Of a stretch of 64,000 nt of DNA, positions 50,889-64,000 are shown piece by piece. Made by a program: the position numbers and the translations under genes. The notes beneath the pieces are model-generated. The model had not been told where the DNA came from, did not search any database, and was given only the letters and a program-made list of their open reading frames with translations. How positions within the stretch are numbered: position 1 is the stretch's first letter; each line of letters begins with the position of its first letter. Source of the stretch: Lytechinus pictus (lineage: Eukaryota); the NCBI RefSeq assembly GCF_037042905.1, contig NC_087252.1:19594001-19658000 (forward strand). Reading direction: 5' to 3'.

Positions 50889-51823
50889 TTGGATGTTTGT
50901 GAATTCAGGCTAATAATGACTAGTTCATGAAAACGACTCCTCGTTCCATGTTTCTCTTGCTTATAGGTTTTGTTTTTCTTTCCACTTTTTATTCAAGAAA
51001 TTCCAGAGGGAAATCCGGCCCCGCTGGGAGGTAAGACCTGGTTGCCCTTGCTGCCCAGATTTCGTTATTAACATCCTTCTTATTATAATTTTTTTTATTA
51101 ATATTATCATTATTATTATTATTATCAATATATAGCGCTTCTCATTAGATCCATATCGAAGCTCTTTACACTGTAGAAAATTTGAAACATACAAACAAAA
51201 GTGAAATAGAAATTATATGACAAAAATGTTTTTTTTTTATGTCACTGTAAATGGAGCTAGGTTGAATATGTTTTTTTCATGAGATAAGTCTTTACATTTG
51301 ATCTGAATAATGTGACATGAGGGATAGAACGAAGGAAAGCTGGAAGAGAATTCCATCATCATCATCATTTTTATTGTCATTATTATTATTGTTGTTGTTG
51401 TTGATTTTATTGTTTGTCTGCAATAGCTTTGCAATAATGTTAATATCTTACGACGCAGCATCGTGTATATATTATTACGGAAATTCTATTTTGTAGTCAA
51501 CTACCAACAGACATGGCAAAAGCCAAAGCAAGAATGTTGGTAAATATCCTATTGGCATGATGATAGATCAAACTTACCCTAAAATGGGATTGTCCAAAAT
51601 GACGATACTGTTTCTGAGTGAGTGTCCGACCAAAAAATAAAGTTCAAACTCAACCAAACATTAGATTTTAGCAAATTATTTCATTATGAACATTTTCTTT
51701 CACCATGTTTTGTGAGATACATATTCACCAACACAATGATTATTTTGAGCAATCCTTTTAAGAGTATATTATATGATATTTCATGGTGTCATTGATTTTT
51801 TTTATCCTCTCTCTCTCTTAAAG

Positions 51824-51899
51824 CTATCGCAGCTGGCAGCTCAGTTGCAATTCTTTTCATCATAGTGTTTATCATCTTCACCGTCGTCTTTTTTCGAAG
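51824..51899 (+). CDS. Gene B exon: transmembrane helix (IAAGSSVAILFIIVFIIFTVVFFRR)
   Basis: Pyrimidine tract plus AG; hydrophobic run followed by RR; AG|GTaagc; phase 1-2. Confidence 0.85.
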
Positions 51900-51963
51900 G
51901 TAAGCTATGCAGGGACTGATGAAGAACTCCTAAAAACCAGTTTAATTTTGATATTAAATGGCG

Positions 51964-51994
<31 letters not shown>

Positions 51995-52738
51995 GCTCTG
52001 GTAAGTTTCGAAATATATATATACATTTTCTTTTACAATAATCATTCCAAGATATCTAAAAAGATATCGTTTTCATTGGATTTTTTAAGGCCATGGAGGT
52101 CCATGCTAAATTCTTTAATTTAGATGCAAATTATATTTTTCTGAAATCAGATTTATGGCTTCGCTCGCTATCTTACAAGTCCTGATTTTCCGAACATCCT
52201 ATCCTTGGAAGCTCCTATCTTTTCAAATATCCTGCAATTTTAGAAATAAAATTTTTAAATCGCCATGTTAAAGGGCATATGCAGGTCTATAAACTTCTGA
52301 ATATGCTAATTTCAACACGTGATAATTAATTCTTCAACGCGAAAAGTGTTAATCTAACGTTATATATTGTGTCAAATAGTAATATTTTCGCAACTGCAAC
52401 GGTGACAGATTTAAGCGCACAAGCCCATGAAATGGAGAACACCTGGGAGATCTTTGTTTGAAGTTGGTTAACCGAAATAATTAACAGTTTCGTCCTGAGT
52501 TTGGGAGCTGACAAAAATTCAAATATGTCGTTTGTCCGGATTCAAGGACGAAGCGGCTGTTTTGATTCACCAATCTTTGACAAAGACTTCTCGCTTGTGC
52601 TTTGTCATGAAGAGCATTTGTCAATACATTTTCTATGTTCTTGAATCGATTCGTCTTGTGTCGTGGAAGCGAAAACTCATATGTCTCGATAAACACTGAT
52701 CGTTCATCTTGCGTTGTTCTTTAATTTCTTTCCTGCAG

Positions 52739-53687
52739 GCATCGAACACCAAAACGTATTATAAAGGATGACGAAAACGAAATGGAAAACTACGCTGCGG
52801 TAGCAAACAGCTACGAAGAAAGCAAACCGGTAAACGGCACTCCTCACGAACCATACTATCTAACACTCGTACCCGAAAGTGATCACAATGGCGGTTCCGT
52901 GGATCACGTTGCTACGCAACCGCATCTTGGGAATGGCGGAGTCCATAAGGACCCAAACTATTTTGTTAAGGGCTTGAATGATTGGGCAGAAACTGATGCC
53001 AAGGAGGGTTTTGTAGACAATGTCTTGTATGAAGCGAGTGATGAACCAACAGTGAAGCCATCATCGTTGAGTTCGAACTGTCATAAAACATCAAATAGCC
53101 AGGGGATACTCTCATCAAATCACGTGATCGATGAACATCATGGATCACGTGATAATAAGAGCGATGCAACAAATGTGGACGAAGATGATTACATGATTGA
53201 GAATGAACTCTACAAGGCACAACCCCCGACAACTCCCCGCAGCCTTAATCTCGAGTCGGTGGGTGATCAGGGGACTGATGACGTTTACGAGAACCCTGAT
53301 GAAAATATCTATACAGACTGTAAAGATGACGATATCCTGATTGAAAATGAGCTTTATGGCGTTCCGTCCCCGACGACCCCTCGCGCTCACAATCCCGACG
53401 CTGTGGTCGATAACGTCAATGACGCCGTTTATGAAGACCCTGACAAGACTAACTCGATAGTAGAGAACGGTGCTGCGACCCCATCAGCAACCCGGGCCGC
53501 TTATGAGAATCATACGGTCGTTGATGAGGTGAATGATGGGATTTATGAAGAGCTAAATGACGATGCTGATGCACCGCCTACTTCCCGCGTCGCTTATATC
53601 AACGAAGCGGTCGATGATGACGTTTATGAAGCAGTGGGTGATGCCGGTGAAATGGTTGACAACGAACTCTACATTCCTGCAACATAG
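52739..53687 (+). CDS. Gene B terminal exon: about 315-aa acidic, Tyr-motif-rich cytoplasmic tail
   Basis: tttcctgcAG acceptor; phase 2 joins the TM exon in frame with ORF 52782..53687. Confidence 0.85.
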
Positions 53688-54489
53688 GTCCTCCCCCGCC
53701 GCCATCATGACCATCCTTTGCTCGGCGCCGGGTCGATGATCACGGAATTCATGGCGTTTAGTCCTATAGAGGTTGTCGACGATGAAATTGGCAATTTAAG
53801 GATACGGGGCTGTTTTGCCGCCAAACTACCGCGCCGATGGGATAACGATGCATTCGTTAATGAGCCTACTAGGAGACAGTGTGGTCAAAGGCTAGACATT
53901 GGGAAGTTTTCACAACTCCTACGCAGACGCTTTCTGGAACGTAGAGAATCTATTGTGAAATGCCCGCCATGACAATGAAGTCTTTGTCGAGGGTCTGTGA
54001 ATCAAAACAACAGCTCCGTCCGTGACTCTGGACAAACGGCATATTTGCCAGTTTTCGTCAGTTCTGAAACTTCGGACGAAACTGCTGTTCCAATTTATCA
54101 ACCGTCGACAAAGACTTCTTTGTGACTTGACTAGTATTATCAATTAATTAATGTAGGATTCATTCTGCGTTGCTCGGCGAAAACTATGTAACAACGTCAA
54201 AAGCGAAACGAAGTGAACATGTGCTGATATTCTCGATATTTATGAAAACTGCTATTTACAAAAGGCGATTTGAATTCGAGTAACCGACTGTATATATGTA
54301 ATCCGTCCAGAATTTATACTTTGAATTGTGATAATATAATAATAATTCAAATTATATTCTGGAACTCTTATATCTCAATTGTACATGTAAGGGAAAAAAG
54401 TTTGATTTTCTATTGCGCTTTCTTGTGTCATATGCTGAAACCGTTATGTGGACCTCTCTCATTTCTCTTTCCCTCGCTTGCTATTCAGT

Positions 54490-54790
54490 GTCTGCATCTT
54501 CCATTTTTCTGTTATTTCTCATTCTTCTCCCTTTTCTTTCCCTCCTGCTCCTTTTTCTCACTGTTCTCACTTTCTTGTTCCTCTTCATCCTCCTTCTTCC
54601 TCTTATTTTTCTTTTTCTTCTTCTCCTTCCTCGTCCTTTTGTTCCTTTTCCTCTTCTTCTTCTTACCCTTCTCCTTCTTCTTTTCCTCCTTCATATTCTT
54701 CTTCTTTTCCTCCTACCTCTTTGTGGTATTAATTTCCTTATCTTTCTTCTTCTGCTCATCCTCCATCTTCTCCTTTCTCTCCTCTCACAC
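54490..54790. repeat. Polypyrimidine (CTT/CT) low-complexity tract
   Basis: Direct reading. Confidence 0.9.
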
Positions 54791-57498
54791 AACTATCTCA
54801 TTATTCAGTACTAAAAAACCTTAAAAGAAATAGGTTATAAGCAACTAATTCAGTAGTGTTGTGATGCCGTATTTATTCATCGTCATCATTTGCCATTTTC
54901 ATTTTGTACGAAATAACATATTAAGTCAGCGACAGTACTTTGACAATATCTTTTTTCTATGTACAAGTTCATTTACAATATAAAAAATGAAACTGGCATT
55001 AAAAAATAAACTTCTGTAACAGTCATTCGTGTTCAACAAAAAGCAACATGTTTGGCCTATAATTATATCAGTATAAATGTAATAAAAATGCAAGTTGAAA
55101 CATAAATCTAAAAGTCGATGGGAATTTTGCATTTTGTTAAGTTGTGGTTAACAGGTACTTGTATGTACGTGATGCATGAATTAAGGAAAAACAATGCAGA
55201 AAGTATTTCCACTACTTATCTAATGAGGATAGCATGAAGGTTGCACAGAACAGATTCTTCTTGAAGTTTATGCATTACTTTAAACTTTAAATTCGAGTTG
55301 GAAAGAATAAGGCGGAAAGGCGTAAAAGATAAGCATGCCCTTAAATGTGACCTTTTAACTCTTCATCAGTATTTTGTAATATCTCAAATACCATTGTGCA
55401 AATAAAATTGAGACATCAAACATGAAACCATTCTCTTGAGTTAAACAACTGCGTCATTGGCAATGAAATATTTCATCCAAGTTTCTTCCAAATTTTGAGT
55501 ACTGCTGTATAATGCATCTTTACAAATTACATGACATTAAATTTCATCATTATAGTTTGTGACACAATCAAATAATGCAGGACATATCCACATCAAGTAA
55601 AAACAAACCAAGCATGAAAAACTAAAAACTATTTGACAAAATAGATGTTATGAGCCACCTTCACATAAAGAGAACAATAAAATTCACGAGTAGCCACATA
55701 GAATAAACAAAAAGTAGCATAATACATAAAATAAAAATGTATGTACCCTGTAGTACGACTTTGGCACAATATATTAAGAGTATGTTCAATTCCATCAGAG
55801 TCACATCAAAATGTTTTCAAAAGACTTGATCAGGGTCAAGTTACCATTATGCCGTTGGTCCCCTGGTTGCTTGCTCACAGGCATTCATGCTTTCTTAGCA
55901 GTCAGGTAAAATAACCTCGGTATAACATAACATGGTACCTTTGCCATCCAATGCTAACTTTCATGAAATCCTTGATTCTGATCGGCCGATTAGCATTGTT
56001 ACCATGGTAGTTACCACTGGATGGCAAGGTTACTATAATAGTCTGTTTTATGCAACAGAGCCCAGGAAAAGAAATGTGATGGAAATTTGTCTTTAGAATA
56101 TCTCCCTGACTGACACATTAGACTCTGTGCGATGCAGGTCCATAAGTGTGTCAAAAGTGTTTCTGCATCAAACTTTTTATTTCCAAGGACAGGTTTCTCA
56201 GGATGGTAATCAATCTGACTCTAGGGAACTCCATAGGTACATGTGTTGTGGAATTATCATACTCCTATAGGATGTTTCAAAGTCAGGAGTTATGACAGTT
56301 TGGTGAAACTGACCCCTATCTTGAAGAAAGCTAAATGGGAACGTACTTCTAGTTTTGTAAGAAGGAAAATAATAAATAATGATAATAATAATAATTGGAC
56401 TATGTCGTGCTGTTGGGTGCTCAAGGAGCTTTTCAGGAAATTGGAAAGGAGAGAAAAAGAAATGAATCAAAATGTTTTGTTAAATGATGAGGATAATTCT
56501 TTTAAAAAATAAATTATCAAGCATTCATAATATTTGAAATTCATTTTACCAAACTTCAATGAGAAATATCATACTCGGTTACAATTTTTACAAAAAAACC
56601 CAACAAATATAACCTGAATTTTATGTAAATAACAACAAATGGGAAAATTTAATGCCAGTTTAGTCCTCTGTAAGAATGCAAAAGTAAAATAAATGATATG
56701 TGCACATTCTCTTTGCACAAATTTTTTTATAAATCCTAATTAGGGCACTTATTTTGAAATTAAATGGTGTGACCATTTTGTTTTGTGAATCAAAGAGATG
56801 TTGATGGACATGAGATGGACCTGCCAAATTTTCACTCGAAATTCATTCACGCTTATCAGAAGAGTGCTTCTAAATTCAAATACAACTACAAAGGATGAAT
56901 AAGCAATTAACGATGCTGTACAAAAAAGTAATGTAAAACTGGCATGTGTGACCCATTGAAGCTATCCTTCAAATCACGGTGGAAAATTTTCCGTATGATC
57001 TTTTTCTTCAAGCCCTTCTAATAAGTGGCTAGGAAACGGTAAATGTTATCCATTCAACTTTCTCGAAAGCCTAGTACATAAAACGGCTACAAAATGGTGT
57101 ATTTGTACCCATTTTCAACAGCTCTGCCCACTGTGAATGAAGACCTAGACTTCATGAATACATTGTTTTCATGCATGTATATCAAAGTACTGATTTAGAA
57201 TGCATGATTTGTGACATCAGCAGAAGAATATTTCAAACAATATGAGCCCGTAACACAAAGCTCTGCAATTGATCAGAGAACAAAATTTTATGATTGACCG
57301 TGTAGACCAGAATCTACAATCACTTTTGAAAATTAATCATAAGATCGATCACTAAGCTTTGCATCACATAACCCAGGAAATATGGTTGAGTTCAAGTCAC
57401 AGGATTGTATTTTTTCTTTGTGATTTTGTATATTCAAAGGCTCCATTGTATTTATCTTTTTCATTCATCAAGCATATTGGTTGTGAATGGCAAGTTAA

Positions 57499-57892
57499 AG
57501 ATAAATTCCAGTTTTGGTAACGATCTAAAAATGACTTTTTACAGAATCTAATATAATGACCACCTAAGTGTCTGTTTGTATGAATAAAAAATATGTGCCA
57601 AAGGATTCTGGAAGAAATTGTGTGATTGCTGAGAAATAAGCAAAATAAGCGCGGATTCGGTCACTTCCGTCGGGTCTTTATTTTAGCAATAATAATACAC
57701 TGTCCCACGTGTGCCTATCTGTGTTGGTGATCTTCAGTGTGAACATTTTTCAGCGTAGATTTCAAGATTTCACAAAGTTCAGTTTATGTAACTGTACCAG
57801 ATCTAGATCCTCTATGATATACTGACAATTAAGCCTTGTTTTACAGACTTTCTCATGAAATCAGTGTTTACTGCAAATACTGGAATTTCTCT
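57499..57892. mobile_element. MITE with TTAA TSD, same family as 29796-30175, opposite orientation
   Basis: TTAA|AGATAAATTCCAGT...ACTGGAATTTCTCT|TTAA. Confidence 0.85.
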
Positions 57893-58114
57893 TTAAGAGC
57901 ATTCATTATGCCTTTCTTGATCTAAACTTTTGTTTATGCAAAAACAGAGCATTACCTTAATCTAGTAGATATCACACGAAAAATGACCTTCTGACAGAAT
58001 GAGACATCATGTCACTTAAAACCTAATTGAAAGGTTTGGTATAAAAGTTGTCATCGGTCAATTATTAGGAATTAGAAGGATGTAGGAGTAACGAGATATT
58101 ACAATATGAAGAAT

Positions 58115-58345
58115 GTGTGACATTAAAATGTCACATTAATGCAACATGTTAATGTGTCACTTGAATGTCACGTTTACATTCCGCACCAATATGACCCACT
58201 AACATGTCACATTAATGTAACATATCAAATTGTCACTTGAAAGTCACATTCATATGACACACAAATACATCCCATTAACATATCACATTGATACATCACT
58301 TCACCATGTCACAATAATTTGTCAACATGTTACACATTGATTACA
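58115..58345. repeat. Degenerate ~11-bp tandem repeat (ATGTCACATT-like)
   Basis: Recurring tgtcaca/gtcacatt units. Confidence 0.7.
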
Positions 58346-61300
58346 TTTATCAATTAAGATACAGAAGTCAGGGCACTCATATCCAATACTGACTAAGAAA
58401 TTAAACTTGGATAATAAGACTATTAATTTAGCTCTGGTCATTGTAATTCAAGCCCATATTACAATATAATTTAGATGTAATTTGGTCCATTATTGACATG
58501 ATCCAATTGATATTCTGCCTTTCTATGGAATCTCAGTACATGATTTGGAATGAGCAATAAATACATTCTACATCTAAAAAACTAACAACTCTTCATAGCA
58601 AAAGCATCTTAAGAATAGATGAAAAACCCCAATACCTCTTTCTGTATGGCAAGCACAAGACATTGATAATATACACTGTGATACTTGATAAGAACAGAGA
58701 GTGTAGACATAAACACGTAATGCCTCATCGCACGTTCTTACGAGCAGCGAATCAAAATTGAAAAAAAATCCTTTTCACTGTCATGAAAATTATCACCAAT
58801 TTGGTAAGTTTTCACTTGCAAAGGTGAAAGCTTCATCAGACTTTCATCATTGATAGCATAATTGCTGATGCAGCGCAACGAGATTCAGGGCAATATGCTC
58901 TCACCTCGACGTATAATCCCACTCTAAACCGCACACCTTTACAATTGGTCTGCGACCCGAATTTTGAAATAAAATGTAAAATTTAATGCGAATATTAGGA
59001 CATCGAACATCTTGCTATGTAAAGTTCTAAATCATGGTACAGAAACTTATGTTCAAATCTGACCAAGCTACATGTACAATCCTTATTAGAATAAAAGCAA
59101 ATTGAATATCCCATCAAATGCCGTCATGGCAATCATACAATTGGCTACATTTTGAAACTAATTTGGCCTTGACTGCTAATAAAAGTTTGCAATCATCAAA
59201 AAATTTTATATTGGTATTCTTTCAGTTAATTTGAACCTAAATAAAATATTTTCAGAAAATGAGCCAAAATGTGATTTGTTCCAAAGTTGGACTGTGGATC
59301 AGTCTTAAGGTGTGTGGAGGCCTTGTCACCCTGCATCAGTGACTATGCCATCTAAGACCAAAGGTCTGATGAATCTTACAGCCTCACAAGTGATTGCATA
59401 AAAAAATTGATACATTTCATGATTTGCCAAAAAAGAAATGTTCTGTCACCACACCCATCGAATGAACAATATCAGTGATACAAAGATGATAAAAATGTCT
59501 AGTAAAGGAAAAATTATGGTGAAATACTTAAGATTTCTGATTAATTATTCAATATTTGTTATAAGAAACACCAAGAAACAGGTTTGCTCTTAGAGCCTTT
59601 TTTTTGTTTTTTTAAACAAATTCTGAAATCAAAGACAACTCTGCCATTGGCCAATCAAATCACATGACTTCAAAAGTGAACAACATGTATTATGAGGGCC
59701 ACTTTGGCAACAACAAAGTTGGTGTTTTGCAATATAATAAATTTCTATCCCATGTGGGGGTCTTTTTTTTGGGGGGGGGGGGGCAGATCAGCTGTGTTTA
59801 AAAGGACCTTCCTGTTATAAAAAGGAAATCATTCTTTGGAAAGTTCTTTATTTTGGAATATTCATGTTAGAAGAATAAGTTTTGTTCTGTAAAAAAAGTA
59901 ATTTATATTTAAAAGGCAAAGATTAGGATTTGGAATCATCATTAGAGCAAATAAAAACACAAAGACAAAGTTTTAAACTGATCGGCAGGCTGTACACTTT
60001 GCTTTCTTTGAAAAACGGTCATGTTTTTTTTATTTTCTTACTTTCAGGATACACTTCAAACAAGCCCCTTTTCCTTTTGTGGTCTTTGAAATATTTTTTG
60101 GGTCCCTAAGATTGCATCATTTTGATAATAAAGAGATAAACCATGAAAATTTGTGACTTTCAATAGGATGTGTCATTCAACAAAATGCTTATCACCAGTG
60201 AAACCTTGTCGGCAGGGCCGTCTGCATGAATGTTCCATAAAAGTAGTTAGAACTTGCACAGAAAAAACTAAAATGGCCACGCTGTATGGTGGAATCCTCT
60301 CACAAAGTGATTGTGATATCACATTACCAGTCTGACATGTCATAGAAAATTTTGAAATGTAAACTTTTCATGCAAGTTTCTGGCTGGGCCCCTAATTTCA
60401 TATACATATTTCAACAAAATGGACATGAATAGTAGCAGTCTTACATTCTGTGATTTTGTTATCAATAGAAAATTATGGATCCAAAATATTCTTCATGCAA
60501 AATACTAGTGAAAAACTTGCTTAAAAAAACTAAGATATAAAAATGGCAGAATCATATAGAAAAATTATTTGAAAAAACAACAAAAATCAATGAAAGGACT
60601 AAAATTCATTCTTAAATATTACTAACATTAATGTCATGAAAAAAATACACACAACTATTTTTAAACTGATAAAAACTATTTTGTGTACAAAAATGAGGAG
60701 CTTGAGGTCTATTCCTCAGCAGCAAAATAAAAACTCAGGTTTTTTCCTGAATAAAAACAACTGACTGCTTGAATACAGGTCATGTGACTTGATAAAGTCA
60801 TGTGACCGAACAAGGGTGCATGCAAATGCATGGTATTAGAATACATTCTGAATATCAGAAAAGCAGCAATTTTTTAAAAATAATATTGAATTATTTCAAG
60901 ATATTTCTGTTTTTGGGGGGAGGGGGTCATAAATAAAGGATCAGTTTCAGGAAAAAATCTACCACAAACCTACAACAGTAATTTCATGATTATGAATGAA
61001 CACTTGGGAGTGCAATCTATGCAGCTTATTACCTACTGGAAATATACATTTCTCGAGATTTGATATAGGTTCACCGAAACTAACCATGGTGAGCATTGTG
61101 CTGTTTTATAGCCATTGTACTTCCTTTTTAGAGCCGTTTTAAAGCCATTTCAGAGTGACTTTTGAAAAAACAGATAGAAAAAGCAAATTTTTGTTATTTG
61201 GATTTCTCCATAGAGATTTGGTACATATATAATGGCTACAAAACAGCATTATTTTTCACTGTGCTAGACATACAGATTTTTTTTTTCATTTACCAAGATA

Positions 61301-63324
61301 GTTCACTTCAAGTTTTAGCTTGGATGTTAACTGATAAGGGCCTGAACATAGATCCCTATACCAGTTTTGTCTTATCTTTCGGAGACTCAAAGGTGATACG
61401 GTGTTTTCAAAGTGCAGACCTTTGACCAAAGTGATTACATGTACTTGAACATAATACCCAAACTTTGTATAAATATTTTCCTCTCCCTTGGTTTTTCATT
61501 TATTGCAAGATTTAAAACGACTACCGTATTTCATTTATTTATTTCTTTTTTTTTGGCAAAAAGGGATTTTGCTGAATACACTGATCTTTAGGGCATACAT
61601 GTAAGCTTTCAGACTTCACATTCTAAATAAACATAATGGACATAAGAAGACAAAATATACTATAGCTCATATAGGAGCAGTGAACATGATACCCAAATAT
61701 TCATTGAAGAAAAATCATCATTACCAGGTCCCTTAGAAAGTACCTACTGCAGAAGGTCCCCTAATGAGAGACTGAAAAGAATGAGCGCTTTCACAGGAGT
61801 CTTGTAGAATAAACCATAACTAAATTTGAAAACTTGGAAATTGTAAGGTGATGGATAATTTGTGTTTTATCACCGATATATATGGGTTCATTTACTGGAC
61901 AATATTAGGAATGAGGACATCAGGAGATTACATATCACAAACACAATGTGTGAGGAAGCTAAAAAAACAAAAACACCTGAGGTGGTTCGTGGAAATATGC
62001 TTTATGCCACAAAACCGCTTTCCAGTCCAGGCTTACAGAAATAACTGGGCAATTCCATAAAATGTTCAACCTTATTGTACATCTGACCCCCATTTTTCTC
62101 AAGTCTTACTTCACTTCATAAATTGACCAAGTCATGGTCCTTTGAGAACATTACAGACTGTCAAAAGAACATGAAATTCAGAGATAGAGAATTTTGTGAA
62201 GGTCACACGCATAGGGGGTTGGAAGTACATATATTATGGAATTGCCCAACTTTGTAAAAAAGGAGACTACCAGGACGTCCCCTTCCAGATGGAGACATGT
62301 CAGACATGATGTCATGGTGTGGGACTCCCTCTACTGGATGCTGAAGGCCTAGCCCAGGGTAGAACTGAATGGAAAAGGATCACCCGTAGGAGAGCGAAGG
62401 GACACACCGTCCTATTCACCAAAGTCAGTAAGTCAAGTCATATACTAAAGGACTAGATGATCAAACTTGAGGATATACTACTGGTTTGAAATTATGGCAG
62501 TTCTTGTTGCAAGTGAAAAAAATCCCATAATCATCAAACATCAAACACATGACATTGGTTTCTTGAGTTTCTCCACACTTTGTGATATGGTAGATGACCA
62601 GAGACACAGCATTAATCCATATTTGCCCTCCTATACCCGGGAGAAAAATGAGGACAAAGGGCCCTTTTCATGAAAGGATTCACAATTACGGTTATGTAAC
62701 CATTACGATACGTACCATGGTCACAGGGCTTAGCTGCATACATGTACCAAAATCAATGTTCCCAACACAGTTACCGTAATGGAAAAAGTTGCAAAAATTT
62801 CTTAAAGAAACTGGCCCTAACTAGATGTTGAAATCCATTGCACGAATTACTCATCATACATACACCCATGATGGGCAAATCCTTAGAATATTCCAAAGGG
62901 AGTGGAGAGGGAGCATGTCGTACATAAATTAACCAACTACCAGGGCCCAGTATTCTCTGAATACATCAAGTAATCCCATGGCTATGCTCTTTTTACCCAA
63001 TGTACTTGCCGACAACTAAATGTACACGAGGAACTTTTCATGAATATGAGGACCCAATGCTTGTAAAGCGCCAAGTGACAGTAAAAAGCATGAAGTTGTC
63101 ATGACCGTTGGTTTCAAAACTTTCAGAATGATAGCTAAAACACTTCCTTGTCAATGAATTCACCCATGCAGACTGTAGAATCCTCCGTTAGCATGGTGAT
63201 GATTCAGAATACACATGTCAAAGCTCTTGACAACACGGCTTCTTAAGTTTATCTCCCTCTCTATGTCTTTGATTCCAGTAATAAAGTCCATATCTCTCCG
63301 ACGTTGGCTTCATCCAATTTACTA

Positions 63325-63548
63325 TCAATCCACCATCCCCGAATCACTACCCAGTTCTAAATTGGTGGAGAGGTCATCGTCTTCATCGTCGTCGTGGAGA
63401 CTGTCCCCGCCGCTTGCTCCTAAGTTGTCCAGCGATGAGACCGATGACGGCGACCGTTGCCTGACACCAAGCATAGGTGACATGCTGTCGGAGGATAGAT
63501 GTCTTACACTGTCTAATGCACTGCTAGAGAGGGCAGCCTCATCATCCA
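63325..63548 (-). CDS. Gene C: probable last coding exon (Ser/Asp-rich C-terminus) of a gene extending beyond the right edge; product unknown
   Basis: tttcctttacAG acceptor, coding-like GC content, ends TGA TAG TAA. Confidence 0.6.
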
Positions 63549-64000
63549 CTGTAAAGGAAATAGATAAGAAATTATGGTAATGCATAAGCTCCTTCGAAAT
63601 GCAGGCTTAGAGGCTTGGAGAATATTTTGTTTCATGTTTTGTTTTTGAAGTTTTGTAAATCAAGATTTCAGTGACTGAAATGATTAGTCAGTGAAATTCA
63701 TCCCTTGTCAAAATTAACTGAACCCCATAAAATGTGATCCAAAGTCCTTTGGAAGCGCATACAGAGGTTCTATCATAATATGTATTATTATTGCTATGCA
63801 ATCAAATTGATCAGCAGTGACCAGGTCCCTCAGAAAGGACCTTTAGCCTTCAATCCTCTGGATGCCAGCTTACAAGCATTGATGCTTTCTTAGCAATTCG
63901 TACCAGCCACAGAGAAACATTCTTAGCGCATTGTTAGAGGCCCTGTTACAAGCAATGCCTAACGATATTGAAATCTTGGATAACTTTTGGCATCATAATC

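Noticed and set aside
51497..51539. Candidate small exon before the TM exon
   Set aside because: It has AG/GT ends, but neither acceptor gives a phase 1-1 exon, so it cannot be placed without transcripts.
54270..54824. Phe/Leu/Ser-rich membrane-like ORFs
   Set aside because: Polypyrimidine low-complexity tract.

Overview
AT-rich, intron-rich animal DNA. The repeat landscape and gene types suggest an echinoderm such as a sea urchin (inference). There are no prokaryotic features. (1) A minus-strand gene, ATG about 12940 and running off the left edge, encodes signal peptide, C-type lectin, two very large Ser/Thr mucin exons and a hormone-receptor (HormR) domain, i.e. the N-terminus of a probable adhesion GPCR. 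(2) A divergently transcribed plus-strand gene (about 17870-53687) encodes a type-I receptor: SP, 2x Sushi, 2x C-type lectin, 2x Sushi, 2x EGF, Ser/Thr stalk, TM and an acidic tail with 17 Tyr. (3) The last coding exon of a third, minus-strand gene lies at 63325-63548. The introns hold many MITEs and SINEs, plus a 3.2-kb foldback DNA transposon carrying an inverted-duplicated XPG-like nuclease remnant (Academ-like). They also hold a 6.8-kb Gypsy-type element with identical 141-bp CG...CG LTRs, a 3-bp TSD and an LADD RT motif (Troyka-like), itself interrupted by an 864-bp near-perfect palindromic hAT-like insertion. Two unusual structures stand out: the Tyr-rich tail exon is bracketed by a diverged inverted repeat of about 370 bp, and a 259-bp satellite re-amplifies the splice acceptor and first codons of a lectin exon. 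All exon models were read by eye from splice signals and phase; none has transcript support.
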